Below are positions 25,901 to 39,087 of a DNA stretch of 64,000 nucleotides, in pieces (the first letter of the stretch is position 1; every line of letters begins with the position of its first letter). Below the pieces are notes generated by a model. That model was not told the DNA's origin, did not search any database, and saw nothing but the letters and a program-made list of their open reading frames with translations. The stretch covers positions 81,222,001-81,286,000 of the forward strand of contig NC_045696.1 of the NCBI RefSeq assembly GCF_009834535.1, in the 5' to 3' direction. The position numbers and the translations under genes are program-made. This DNA is from Camelus ferus (Eukaryota).

Positions 25901-28900
25901 TTCAAGTTTAAAGAAAGATGGAAAGGATGCCCAGACCCAGGGACGTGGAAGTTATCTCTCAGCAGTGGAGTTAAGTTTTTTTTCCTGATTTTTCACTCCA
26001 AACTGAAAATGTGCACAGTCACACAGCCATACTTGGTGAAGTGCAGAGGACGCTCTCTTCATGGAGGCTGAAGTTATACTGTCCTGCGTGAGCATTTAGT
26101 TTATTCTGATCCTTGCCCTCAAACTCCAGTCTTCATATCAGCTAGGTTTCCTCCAGATGCCCTTCTGGTGTCACACACAAGCCCAGGCATCAACATGGAG
26201 ATGGTTCAGAATCCATCCATCTCCACTAGTGGGAATAAATGGCTTCTCTTTTGTGTCAGTGGGAAGTAAATCAGATGACCCTTCAGCTATTCACCTCTTT
26301 TAAGTTTTATCTGACCTTGAAGCTTAGCAGAACCTGGTTGGAGGAGAATGTAGTATTTCCTGAGGTTTCATGAACTAGCTCTGCACCAGCTCTTTGTCCT
26401 TCACGTCTGTGGCTCTTGTTTTTGAGCGTTTGTGAAGGATGGCAGAAGAGCGTTCCCCAAGCCTCTTACTTGGTTAAGAGGCTAGAGTCTCCCCCATGGG
26501 GACACCCTGGTGATTTCCCAGCAAAATGCTCTGCCTCCCTCGACTGTAGCACATAAGCTAATTAACCTCTTTATAGATTTTTCCTTCTCCTGATTCTAAT
26601 TCTCAGCTGGTATTTCTCTCAGCCCTGGGCCTTGGGAATTGGAGAGGCATTTGTTGAATTTCTGGCAGCGCAAGGATTTCTGATAGTTTGCTTCCGGTTC
26701 TCTTGCATAGTGGAGTAGGAAAAAATAACTGAGGAGGAAAACAAGATTCAGAAACATCCTGATACAGCAGCCATGCTTAAACCAGGCGAGGCGATGAGGC
26801 CGTGGGCGCACTCCCTGTTTTACCCTGTGGCGGGGTTATGTTTTCTTTCTTTTTTCCCTGCGTGGCAATGTGGGGCATGTCTGCCTTATGGGCGGCACAG
26901 AATCCTTTGCTGTCTCTGCCTTTCTGTGGTTCTGTAGAACCACCTTCCTTCTTGTTCCGGCTGGGGAACTGGAGTCCTGCCCCCACCCCACCACCGCCCC
27001 CATCACCACTACCCTGGACCCACTCTGAATAGGAACCGAGGAGACGTGGCAGATTTCAAAACCGTCCAGCACTTAGAAAGAACAGAGCAAACTCGTGCGG
27101 TGTTGATGACTTTCAATGTCCTTTCAACAGAAGGATGTTTCTGAAACACTGAGTGGCAGCCACACCTATGGTGTCTAAAGGTCCTCGGGGATGTGAACCT
27201 CAACACTCGCGGATATGCAGCGACATGAGCTTTGTTCCTTTGGGCCTGTGACATAAATCATCCCTTTGCCCATATTCAGGCACTTAAGCTTGAATTCATC
27301 TCATCTCCTGACTTAGCAGACAACTTTCTATTTACTCTCTGCTGCTTTTGAAGAGGCAATAAGTACTTAGATACCGGTGAAGACTTTTTGGGGGGAAATT
27401 TGCCACTGCAAGATATTTTAAAAATCTGTTGATGAGCAGGTGATGTCTAGGTGGTGAACAGAAAAATAGCTAAAGCTTGCATCCAGAGTTTGCAGAACAG
27501 GGAACTTTCAAAATGATATGTAGTTTGATTCTGAAACTGCTTTGGCTCTACTTGAGCCAAGGAGCATCACTTCTATCCAGACAGCATTTGTCACCCAGAC
27601 AGCTTTAGAAAAATCTACTGTATTTTCATGGAGAGTAGGGCAGAGAAGCTGAGGGATCTTTTTGGTTTATTTGAACCTAGGATTTTCCATTAACCCAAGG
27701 AGGGATTAATAGTGTCTCTGCCTGTATCAGGTGTTGTCAGCCAGATGTTTCTTTCAAGAACTTCGCTCCTTTAATTTCTAAATTGAATTGGCATCAAATA
27801 AAACACATTGCAACTTCAAAATCAGCATCAGCCTGGCAGAATGAGATGCAGTTATGAACCAAAATTAGGGGATGAGGGTGAGGTGGGGTGGGAGCTGTAA
27901 ATTCAAAGCAATCTTCAGGTACGTTAAAATGGCTTTCTCATTTTGAATTTTTGGAAAAGTCATATGATTAATCTACATACTAAACCTCTTTTCATTTTGC
28001 TTCTTAGAACACAGTTCCCAAAGCCATTACGGTACTCCAAATGAGAAAACATTTATCTTGCTTGTTTGAAACAGAGAAAAATCATATTTTCTGCAAATAG
28101 CATTTCTGTGCTTCTATGTTGCATATCACTTCTTTCTGATTATGAAATGGAATTAAAACAATGGGTCTCTGTTGTTGTGTTATCTGCCCACAGACTTTAT
28201 CACAAAATGATGGATTAATGCTATTATAAAGCCAGGGTTTCCATTTAGCCCTTAAATCCTAGTTGGAAAGGGATGGATAGATTTATGTGTCTCTATTGGT
28301 CAGCAGTTGAGTCTTCATCCAGTAATAGAAATTTGATTTGTAATAATGTTGCTGTTTGTTTTCCACCAAAAAAAGGAGATTGTGGGTTTATTAATATCAA
28401 CACTGTGAAAATTCTGGGCAATACTTATATCTAACTTAATTTATTTTGATGATGCATATCCAGAAACTGAATTTACATTTGCAGGGAGTCTGGATTTATA
28501 AGAGGAAGTTGTGAGCAAATATTAAAACCCTAAGAATTGTGTTCTGTAGTCTGGGTAATGCTGAAATTCTGTAGATTAGTTCATCATCCTTTCATCTTGT
28601 GGCAGCCTGATGGGGCAGAGTGTGGGTGGTCTTTGGGGTCATAAGAATTGGAGAATGGGCTTTAGAAAGTCAATTCATCTTTTGAAGACTATTTTGGGGT
28701 TTTATTCTATAAAATGCCTTTCATAATGGATAACCAACATTCAGAAGGTCAGTATAAATGAGCTACAGAATGTCTTTGTTGTGTTGTTCTGCTAGAAGTT
28801 ACTATTATTTCTTGCTAAAATGAAGGTATCCTTATGAAAGAGGATACCTGATGTAGTTACTAGTAATTTGTATTTTGGTGTAAATTGAGGATTTAAGAGC

Positions 28901-30671
28901 AGAGTTTTTTTTTTTTTAATGTAAAGAGAGATTGAGGTGGCTGGTTGTCTGAGCCATGTCCAGATCCTGAAAGTATGAAACATTTTATAATTTTGCCAGT
29001 TGTATGTTTTTAAGAAGCAGTCATCTAAACAATAGAAGGCCAGCTAGTTACATCCTTTGTTCTGTTGAATTCTCTGGAAGTGTTTATGAGTAAAATAAAG
29101 ACATTTCCTGCTTTTTTCCAATCTTCAATAACTAATTTTTAACTGAATTTTGTGGGTTTTGTTCTTTAAGGGAGAGGATGGCTGTCTTCATTGATCAGAG
29201 GTCCCTTTGGGGAGGGCGGTGGAGATTTGTCGCTTGCCTTTACTCCAGGGTCTTGGTGGCTGTGCCAGCCTAATTTGCTTCCTTGTTGTGACATTTGAGA
29301 GAATTTTAAAAAAAAATAACTGCGTCTTGATTTCTTATATTCTTTAAATCAGATCTATGAGAAGGAGGTTAAAACAGTCATCTGGTCCCAACCTCAAGCT
29401 CAGGGTTGGGGTAACAGGAGCAAGCTGAGGTCTCATTGCAGATTTTGCTCTTAGCTTGATTTACCAGACAAATCAAAATGAGGGTGGAAGAACGGAGTCA
29501 GAGTGAGGGGCCTGAAATCCAAGGCCTTCCCAGCCTCGCACAGGCTGCTAGAGGGACTGCTCTGAAGTCCTGGCTCAAGATTCCCAGATACTTCTGTTAT
29601 TTCACAAAATTGAAGAAGAGCAGCTTACTTACTAGTGGCCCTAGTAAAACCTTGCATTCTCAAATATGAAATGCTTCACCACCTGCTCACTCCATTTAAA
29701 TTTTCTTTAAATGCCTGTTTTCTCTCTCTTACTTGGTAAAATCCCAGCTGTTGATTTTTGTGTTCTAAGGGACTCGGATGGTGTCACTTGGACCTTGTGT
29801 TCCCCCCAACCCCACCACCCCATCCCTTTTTTGCTTTCTTACAGAAACCCGGATTCATTTTTTCTCTCATAAAGAGATAAACTAGCCAAACTGCTTTCTT
29901 CTGTCGAAGTTATATTGTGAATGTCAAAGAGCCAATTCCATGCTGGACAATATTGCTCTGATTACATTCACACTGGTGGGCCGCATGCTGGCTTCAGTGC
30001 TTCCGCCTGCTACACAGGGAGAGCAGGGCAGTGCTACACCATTATATTTTAATATGCAGGCAACGTATCTTAAATTATCAGAAAATAGAAATTTTTGACA
30101 CTTTCAGGCTCAATATTGTACACAAGATGCCAGGTCTTTCCATGATTTTGTTTCCATCTTCTCTTCCCCCACCTCCAGGTTTTAGTATTACCTGCTCATA
30201 AGAGTGAGCATGTTATGTTTCCACCAGCTGCACAAATCCCTTTGGTTTTCTAGTTCTTATGTTCAGGGTATTTATCTAGAGTTAAATTTTGAGACCTCGT
30301 TAGTCATTGATTCAATTTATTTAGTACCTACCATATGCCCGGCACTAAGCTGGAGCCAACTGATGAGCACAGGGAAGATGTGTAGAAGCATCCTTTCTCC
30401 ATAAACTTCTTACAGTAAAAACATATTTTATGAAAACAAACACACACACAAACTAGAGAGTAACACAGAAGGTTTTTTGGGTGATCCATTAAGTAAAGAG
30501 AAAATAGGCACACCCCAGAATTTAACTGTGCAAATGAACGTCCTTCCTTCAGAGTAGATTCCTTCTCTCCCTTTGTTCTTTTCTTCTGGGAAGGTAAGGA
30601 ATGCATTACTTAATACGGCAGGGTATACTGTAGGAGAGGTTTCTTTCTTAGCTCTTCTTGACTCCAAGGAT

Positions 30672-30847
30672 AATTTCCTTCCTTCCACGTCCATGACGTT
30701 TTCCTTCCTTCCTTCCTCCTTCCTTCCTTCTCTTCCTTCCTTCCTTCCTTCTTCCCTTCCTTCCTTCCTTCCTTCCTTCCTTCCTTCCTTCCTTTCTTTC
30801 TCTCTCTGGCCCTGCTTCCTCCCCCTCTTCCCTTCCTTTCTTCCTTC
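30672..30847. repeat. (CCTT)n-type pyrimidine microsatellite, probably the expanded tail of the adjacent SINE
   Basis: Imperfect ttcc/cctt repeats directly abutting the 3' end of the minus-strand SINE. Confidence 0.92.
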
Positions 30848-30962
30848 GGGTAATTAGGTTGTTTGGTTGGTTTGTTTATTTTAAGTGACAGTACTGGAGA
30901 TTGAACCCAGGACTTCATCTATGCTAAACGTGTGCCCTACCACTGAGCTATACCCTCCCCCC
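30848..30962 (-). mobile_element. Vic-1-type tRNA-derived SINE (camelid)
   Basis: Reverse complement reads ggggggagggtatagctcagtggtagggcacacgtttagcatagatgaagtcctgggttcaatctccagtac...aacctaattaccc, with Pol III A box (tagctcagtgg) and B box (ggttcaatc). Confidence 0.88.
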
Positions 30963-32169
30963 ATGTACCTATTTCTATCAAAAGTAATGCAATTGCCCTA
31001 CGTATTTGGGGGCTACCTTCTTCTGGAGATGAGACGCACAAACCACAAAGTAGCTTTCTGGTCACTTATCATTTTAGCTTTCTAGTGGTTTTATCCAACT
31101 TGATCTTCCTCCTTCCCTACCTCTTTAGAAAGATATTAAACTGTTTCAAAAAATCAAATATGCTCTCTAATAAGTTTGAATGGATCATAATTCTTTTTCA
31201 ATATTCAGAGGAATATGGTGAAGGCAATTTCAAAATGATTTAAACATCAGTGGTATTAATGCCTGGAGACAAAATCGGTTTTGAGCACAAAATCCAGTAG
31301 TTTTGTTAAATAAAATTGGACACATTATTTATATTAAGTATCAAACAATCTATGTAGGAAATTCAAGTTCTTGGTATTTTAGCCCCCAACAAAGCAGATA
31401 TCTTCTATGGGTCTGAGTCAGATGAAAAATCTCCTAATAAGGAGCATCTTGCAACACACTTGCACCCTGCTCCCGCCCCAGCCCTAGGTGGCTAACCTGC
31501 CTAGGCCAGAGAAAATTATCCCAAGACAGTGGCAGAAAGGTTGATAACTATTATGGCATTTCCTGCTTCTCAATTCTGGGCCCAGCTATCAGCGCATGTC
31601 ATCAAAATCATGACCCAAACACATTTAGATATCGTCTCAGGCCTCCGACAGCAGGGGTGACCAGCCTCACACTGGAACAGACCAAAGCAGTCTGGGCACT
31701 CTTGAAATCATCATCCTTTAAAGGTGTCAAGAAATCATCCCTTCTCCTTCCTTTAGTAAGTCTTTACATCTGTGTGCTGGTCTCTGCTCTTTGTCCAGGT
31801 CTTCCCGGACCGTATGCAAGTTACAACATGTATATAGCCAGTCTGCCATTGCCCCTCTTTAAACTGTCTGGCAGTCGATATATGTAGGTGATACCTTTTG
31901 TTGGGTTTTGCTGATTTTCCTGCTACAGTTTGGATGAGCTCGGGCCATTCTCCGGTCACACAAACACTTCCAGACGCACCATAACACATTAGGCTTGTGG
32001 TCATTTGTTAGTTGATGCCTTTGAACAAGATGTGCTGTATTTGACAGTGGTCTTGGACGCTACCAATGGATGATTGCTACAACAGAGGATTGTAAGAAAA
32101 AAAAACAGATCTCTAACACGGATGCTTGAAATCTCAAATGTAAAGTATTAATAAAAATTCATAGCATTT

Positions 32170-32370
32170 TCAGAGCATCATACATTTTTCAAACTTTCAT
32201 CTTGCAGCTCATTTAATTCTTACAACAACCTTAGGTATCAATACTCTTGTTTTACTGGTGGATACTGAGGCCCAGAGAGGTTAGAGTGATCTGCTTATGG
32301 GCATGCAGCTGGCAAATGACAGCGCCTGGTGCAGAACCAAGGGTCTCTGAACACAGGGCAGTGTTCTTCC
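32170..32370 (-). mobile_element. MIR SINE
   Basis: ctcatttaattcttacaacaacc...atactgaggcccagagaggttagagtgatctgc. Confidence 0.8.
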
Positions 32371-32944
32371 CTCTCCCACGGCTGAAGATTTGGAGTCCTT
32401 GCTGCATGGCCTTGGAGGAGTAGGATGGATGGGGTTAGTATCACTGGGCACTGATGTCTCTAATAGCCCTAACATTCCTTTTTTCTAGTCTGTCAGGTCC
32501 ATCAGGCTTGAGCAGATGAGAATAAAGAAAAGGCATAATTCAGATTTCCAGGAATCCCTATGCCTGAACACTTTGGGGAACCAGGGCTTGGACAACATCA
32601 TAGAATCTTTTAAATGCTGAAGCTATTTAACCCAGCCTCATTTCTGTTTAGAAGCTGTCTCACCTGTCAACACCAGTTTCCCAGGCAAACAGGGGCAGTT
32701 CGTCTCCCCAAGGTCCTCCCCAGGAATGTTAGAGGGTGCTGACTCTGGCACAAAGCAAACCTTCCATCCAGACATGAAGAAGATCCCTCTGAGAAGGGAG
32801 AGATCAGTGTGGACCCAAGTGAATGGGAGGTTTTCCCAAACACGTGATATCTGAGATGTGGAGTTAGGAGTTGGGTGCAATCTGGATGGGGAAGTAGTAA
32901 AGGCAGAGGTGTGGAGGGGTGTGTGGGTATGGCTAAGAGCCAGC

Positions 32945-33050
32945 CAGTGTGATCTTGTGACTGTCCCTCACTCTCTTCATCTGTGGAATGGGGACAGCAC
33001 CAGTACCTACTTCACATGGGTGATGTGAGGATTAAATAGTGATCCAGGAA
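32945..33050 (+). mobile_element. MIR SINE fragment
   Basis: cttcatctgtggaatgggg...agtacctacttcacatgggtgatgtgaggattaaat. Confidence 0.75.
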
Positions 33051-34239
33051 GAGTCCTAACCTGGCAAATAATGACTCAAGAAAAGCAAGCTATTAGCTCC
33101 TAATAGTGAGATTAGAAAGCCCAGGAACATTTGGAGAGTCCTGATAGGTTGGGTTGGAGGGGCTTTGGCTGACTGGGGAAAACCCTGCCTGCTTCCAGAG
33201 TGGGTGGAATAAACAGCTGTGAAGTAACTGAATGTGAGACTGTGTGAAGAACAGGCTTTCCTGCAGGCCCCTCACTTTGATGTACAGCACAGGGCCGTGG
33301 TAGCTAATGTCACAGGCAGCAAATTGGCATTTTTTCCATTTGCCTTTTGTAATGAATTGTTTGAGGTTGAATTATGTTTACCACCATTGGTCCATTTGAT
33401 GAATATACCTCTTAATGCATACTGTCCCAAGGGCTGCCCAGGATGGGGTTAGCCATAACTAACTGCATGGGCTTCTAATTTGCCATTTACACCAGCCCCC
33501 AGCCTCCTCGACCTCCTTGGGTTGTCTGGGCTTGAGTGATTCATCTCAAAGGAAATGACCCATTTATATGTGAACAAATCTGATGTTCACTTATGGGTAT
33601 ATACCCAAACGTACTTGGGTTGGAAATGTGTGATGTTACATCTCCTCATCTTCCTAAATCATCCTACAGCAGCCTGGTCCTTGCAAGCTAGTGGGATACA
33701 GTATAGCGGAACAATGGTCGACATGCCACTTCAGGCTGGATTTATGTTTTATAAGCTAAAATTGTTCTTCACTATTTTTGTTGCCGTGTTAGATAGCTAT
33801 TTACTTTTAATGCTTTTATAATAAGACACCATGGAAAGATACATTTTAACAGAATCTCAAAAGCTTCTACACCAGAGGTAATAACCAGAATACTGAAAAT
33901 AATACTGTCACTTTCACTTGCATTTTAAGTCAGATTTATAGCTTTCTTTCTTTTATAACTTGGATCTAGACTGAAAGCAAAATCACCATCTTATTAGTTC
34001 GTATTCGAAGGTTGGAGGAAAAAGGTATGAAGTGATTTTGTATGAAAAGATCACAGGATTTGGCAGTAAAAGTGAATTAAAACCCTAGCCTTGCCATCAG
34101 CTGGCTGTGACTACGAATAAGTCACCTAATCGTTGGCTCATTAGTGAAATGGGATAATATTGACACTGTAATTGTATTACTATTACCCGTAATGACGCCC
34201 CACTCTTGTGACTCACGCCCTGGACTTCCCATGATCCAG

Positions 34240-36100
34240 GTCTGTTCTGATTTTAAAATTCTGAATTTGCAGCATCCCAGTCTTAGAACACGGTCGTTGG
34301 CTTTCCTATTAATGCTCCCTCACAGCCTGCACACCTGCTCTGTGTGAATAAACTCTCTGGTCCCTTCCGTCAGTCTCTCAGTCCCCTTGAAACTTTAATA
34401 ACTTGTCCACCCAGGCTTGGGCCCCATGATTCCTTGTTTTAATCATTTTAAGCCAACATGTGCCATCTCCTTTGTCCTTTGCTCTTCCAGAATATCCACC
34501 TTGCCGACCCCTTACCTAAGATCAGTCCAACCAATTGCTTCCTTTTTCTGTATTTGGGCTGCACAGCACAACTCAGGGAAAACTGCAAACCCCAACCCCA
34601 ATGAGACACTCAGTACTACTTAATAATCTGTGATATGTACCTGCTCAGGTCCTTCTCCTGTTCCCTAAAAGAATTTCTCTAAAACTTCACCTCTCTTCCC
34701 TTCCACTGCCTCTGGCATCAATACTCTCCGCAGGTGACCTTCTTGTCTGCCTCTTAGAGAAAGTGGAGCCAGTGGACAGGATCCCGCAATGCCTCTCTCT
34801 CCCCCATCAGCTCATCTTTGTCCACCCACGTTTGTGTCTTCTTTCATCCTGTCCTGGTACAAGAACTTTCCCTCCTGTTCAGGACTTGTCATACTTTCTG
34901 GCTGTGAGCTCCCTCTTCCTCCCTTTTCTGGGGTCAACCATCTTCCTCCTGATACTTGCCTCTTTCCTCTCAGCACACAGACTTCTTCAGGGAGACCCCA
35001 GTATCAGTTTCCATCTCTTTCCAGACTGAACCAACTTTTTTCTACCTTCTTTGTCTCCACTTGGTCCCCTCCCATTTTTTCCTTCCCTCTGTTTACTCTG
35101 GCTTCTATTTCTGCCTCCAAATTCCTGTTTTTATCCCCAGGGGCCTCATCACTGCCAGACTGAATGAGCCCTTTTCAGTCCTTATTTCATGTGGTCTTCT
35201 GTACCATCTGGTTCTGACTATACCCTCCTTTTTGAAATTTTCTCCATCCTTAACTTCCACTGACATTGCCACTTTCTCTTTTCCCACCATCTGGTTGTTT
35301 TTTCTTATTGTCTTTCGTGAGTTCTTCTGTTTCAGTAAGACCAGCTCAACCCCCTGAACCTTAGCCTCCTCAACTGGCTGCCTAGTGGACACATGTCTAG
35401 GTGTTCATCAGACCCCTAAAACCAAGTATGTCTCAAACTGAAGTCACCTCCTCGTCTTCTCATGTTTTCCCATATGTTGTCTTCTGTTTCAGTGAATGGT
35501 ACCCTTATCCACTCAGATTCACATACCAGAATTGTCAACTTCTTTCTAGAGTTCTCTCTCGATTCTTCAACACCCCATATGCATATATATTAAAAAAAAA
35601 TCCTGCTGGTTCTACTTTTTGTTTATTCCTTGTCTCCATTCTCTTCTCTCTGCCACAGACTTTGTTTCAGATCCTGACTGGTTTAATAGTCTCCAAATCT
35701 TGGTAGAGGATGGATGAATTGCAGTCCTGGTGCTGGAAGGTGGTGTGGGGAGATGAGGAAGGGATGTGGAAGATGATGACAGTGTCCTTTCTTGAATCCA
35801 ATCTGATTCTGTGACTCCCAGCATAAACCCTTTAATGTCATAGTCCTTAGCATTTCATGGGAAACTCTTCTTGACTGCACCTGTCTATTTCTCCAACCTT
35901 ATTTCCTGCTGTTTCCCAAACACATATGTTGTCACAGCCATACCCAGATTCTGGCCCTTCCTACTACATTGACCAATGCCTTTATGCCAGTGCCTTAAAT
36001 GTCCTTCCCTGTCTTCCTCCTGATCTAGTCCCTTTGATCATTCAGGACTGAATTAAAGTCTTAACTTTGCTACCGTGCCCATCCAGCCCAGTGTGAGTTG
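34240..36100 (+). mobile_element. Long decayed L2 LINE (RT region to 3' part)
   Basis: C/T-rich; actgccagactgaatgagcccttttcagtccttatt...ccctcctttttgaaa, and atgtctaggtgttcatcagacccctaaaaccaagtatgtctcaaactgaa follow L2 consensus order. Confidence 0.75.
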
Positions 36101-36354
36101 GCTGCTCTGCCTCTGAAATATTTGGGCGTCTGTTCATCGTAATTTCAGTTTCTGAAGCTGAGAGTTTGAAAACTCCAGTTAAAGAAATCACAGCTGAAAA
36201 TCTAAGATCTTGAGAGAGAAATTAGTGCTAGAAAGACTAAGGTTGCAAGTAAACTCCTGAAAGCCCTGTGGAATCTTTTGTTTATTAAATAGAGCAACAA
36301 AAAATGTAGTAAGTGAAATGAACATCAATGAAAAGCTATGTACCCTAAATAATA

Positions 36355-36510
36355 GATATTTTGGACAAGTCATGTAACCTCTTTGCACCTTAATTTCCTT
36401 GTCTATAAAATGAGGAGAATAATAATACCTACCTCATTGTTTGTTACGATGAGTTATGTAAAATGCTTAAAACATTGCCTGACAAGCATTAAGTGTTAGT
36501 TATTAATAAT
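36355..36510 (+). mobile_element. MIR SINE
   Basis: ttggacaagtcatgtaacctctttgcaccttaatttccttgtctataaaatgaggagaataataatacctacctcat. Confidence 0.88.
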
Positions 36511-39019
36511 AATTTTCATTTACTAGCTGTGATTACTATATACTGTTTATTATTTCTAACCCCCTATTTTTATTGATATAATTAGAATCTGTCTTGTTTT
36601 GAAGTGTGAATATGAAGACACATTTTCGTTGACTGATTATCCAATCCAAGTGTTCAGCGACGTCTAATTTATTGCTCACAGTTGTAGAGTCATCTGAGTT
36701 TCCACTGTTGTCTCAAACAGGTATCGTTTTATTTGACTTGGGAAGAGTCTGGGTGATGTCTGTCTAAGCAAGTCCTGCTCAGAGTAGGCTCATATGCATT
36801 TCTCAGCCCCTTTCCCCAGGGCTCAGGATTAGCTCTGTCCATGAAATCCAGAATGTGGCAGAGCAGGCTGATCTGGGTTCATTAACCTCTTCTGCAACTC
36901 TCTGTCTCTCTCTTTCTGTCTCTGTCTCTCTCTCTCTCTCTGCAAGCTCTCTCCTTCCCTCCTCCCCCGTACCCCACTTCTTCTCTCTCTCCTTCACGCT
37001 CAGAACTCTGCCCTCTACCTGAAGTTCCACTGTCCAGTTTTCCAGTTTTCCTTGCCTTTGCTTCCTTCATGTATTGAAGACTGCCCCACACAGATACCTG
37101 CTTCTGCTTCTTTTCTACTCCCCACCTCCGATTCTCTTCTTTTTACCATTTTCAACAGACTTGATGTTTATTTCCTTAAATTAGAATATCCACAATATTA
37201 AAAATGTGTAATATAGGAAAGCTGTGACTGTAAGTTCCATGAGGGCAAGAAACAGCATTTTATTCATATTTGTGTTAGTAGGTATTCAGAGGAAAGTTAC
37301 GAACAGCAAATGAGATGATCTATGGGAAAGAAATGTATAAATTGTAAAAAAGAAAACAAATCATTATACAGATTTTTAACATCTAATCTGGTCTTCCCCT
37401 CGTCCGTTGTGGAGTGCTATAACACCTTCATTATACCAAAATTTGAGGATCTAATTCTATTTTTGTAAAAATGTCCCAGTCTTCTTAGGTAACTCTAACC
37501 TTTTAATTACCTTCACAGATCTACTTTATAAGAAAGTTAAATTTTTTAAATTATGGGTTAAATCTATTTTTTGTCTTCTTTTTTATATAAAAAGGTGATC
37601 CACTGTTCTAATAACATTGACATCGTTAATGCCTGTTACTGTATTTTTCCCAGCATGTTCCTTAGCCTGTGATAACATAAATGTGTTGACACCTTTCCCC
37701 AGGTCATTTGGATCAGTATCACAGGAGCCTCTAACTTCGATTTAGGTTGTGAAGTATTATTAATTACATCTTTAATGAAGTGCAGTGTTGAAGAGTAAAG
37801 ATCTAAGGTCTTTGTTTTATAGGACCCAAACCCCTGCACAACTGGCTTCTTTATACACAATGGAGGTAAAAGTTTCAACAGATTCGAATTCTTGTGTCCT
37901 TTTATTCTGGCTTCCTTTTCTAAATCATTTGCTTTAATACTGTATTTCATAAGAGTATCTGAGAATGTTCATAATACAGGAAGAAATTGTTCATAAATAA
38001 TGAATGGTTATTTAATTAATTAAATAGTCCAGTGCAGAATATTAGGAAGCTTATACAAATCTTTCTAAGTAACTGCTTTGCTTTTTATTCATAATCTCAT
38101 AGTCATTTCAAGTCTCTTGTGAAGTGTAGACAAGGTCCTATGACATACAGAGAGAGAACCAGTAAGTTGTTGTTACCTTATTGCCATTGAATTACTTTTT
38201 CAAGTCAGTGAAATATATCACATATGGGTGTGCTGATTAATAAAATACAATCATAAAGTTCATTTCCATCTGACCTTTGTAACACACAGGTTGGTAGATT
38301 AAATTTCAAATTGAAAACCATGATATTTTCTTAATAATATCTTCCCCTAAAACTGTGGCAGAAATAGTATGTGACCAGACTGGAGAGTGATTTTTGTACT
38401 GGCAAATATAAATTGGAGTGCAGGAAGTTCCTTGCTGGCATTTATTAAATTATTTGAGAAAAGTTTTGTTTTGGGGGGATAAGTGAGTGTATTTGAGAAT
38501 GTATTATAATGTCAATTCTTTGAATAAAAACGTATCTTTGATGAGTATAGTATAGCACTAAGCACAAAATTAAAATTGTATCACAGCCTTAAAAAAAAAA
38601 AAATACAGCCCATCTAGAATCTCATTTCTTTTCAGTTGTTTTCTGCAGTAGAGTTGTTCTTAGAGGACTTTGCAAAGTACATTAGGGGAGAATATTCTGG
38701 ATCTAATAAAAATGGTTCTCTCTCCATGAGATAAGGTGGATTTCTTTCCTGCTATTTTTCTTTTAGGTAATAATTGAGTCTTGTAAGGACCACGTATGTT
38801 AGAGATTTTCTTTTTAATGGTGTCTTACCCAAAATAAGATGCCATAACTTGAGGAAACCTCTGAAAAGGAAACAAATGGGAAACAAAACCATATTTTTAT
38901 AAATCTTCTCTCAGGAATAAAATCTATTAAAATGAACTTAAAGTAGTGCAAGAAATTGTAATAATTTTAATAATTATGATTATTATGATTCGGACCCCTC
39001 AGAGACTGATACAGCACTT

Positions 39020-39028
39020 TATATATAA

Positions 39029-39086
<58 letters not shown>
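39020..39086. repeat. Compound (TA)n-(TG)24 microsatellite
   Basis: Uninterrupted TG repeat 39038-39085 preceded by an interrupted TA run. Confidence 0.98.

Positions 39087-39087
<1 letters not shown>

Noticed and set aside
2020..37495. Other YAG|GT motifs (AG ending at 2036, 15029, 30178, 34733, 37488) as recursive splice sites
   Set aside because: The reconstituted donors (gtagtg, gtggga, gtttag, gtgacc, gtaact) or the pyrimidine tracts are weaker; consistent with chance in a 55-kb intron.
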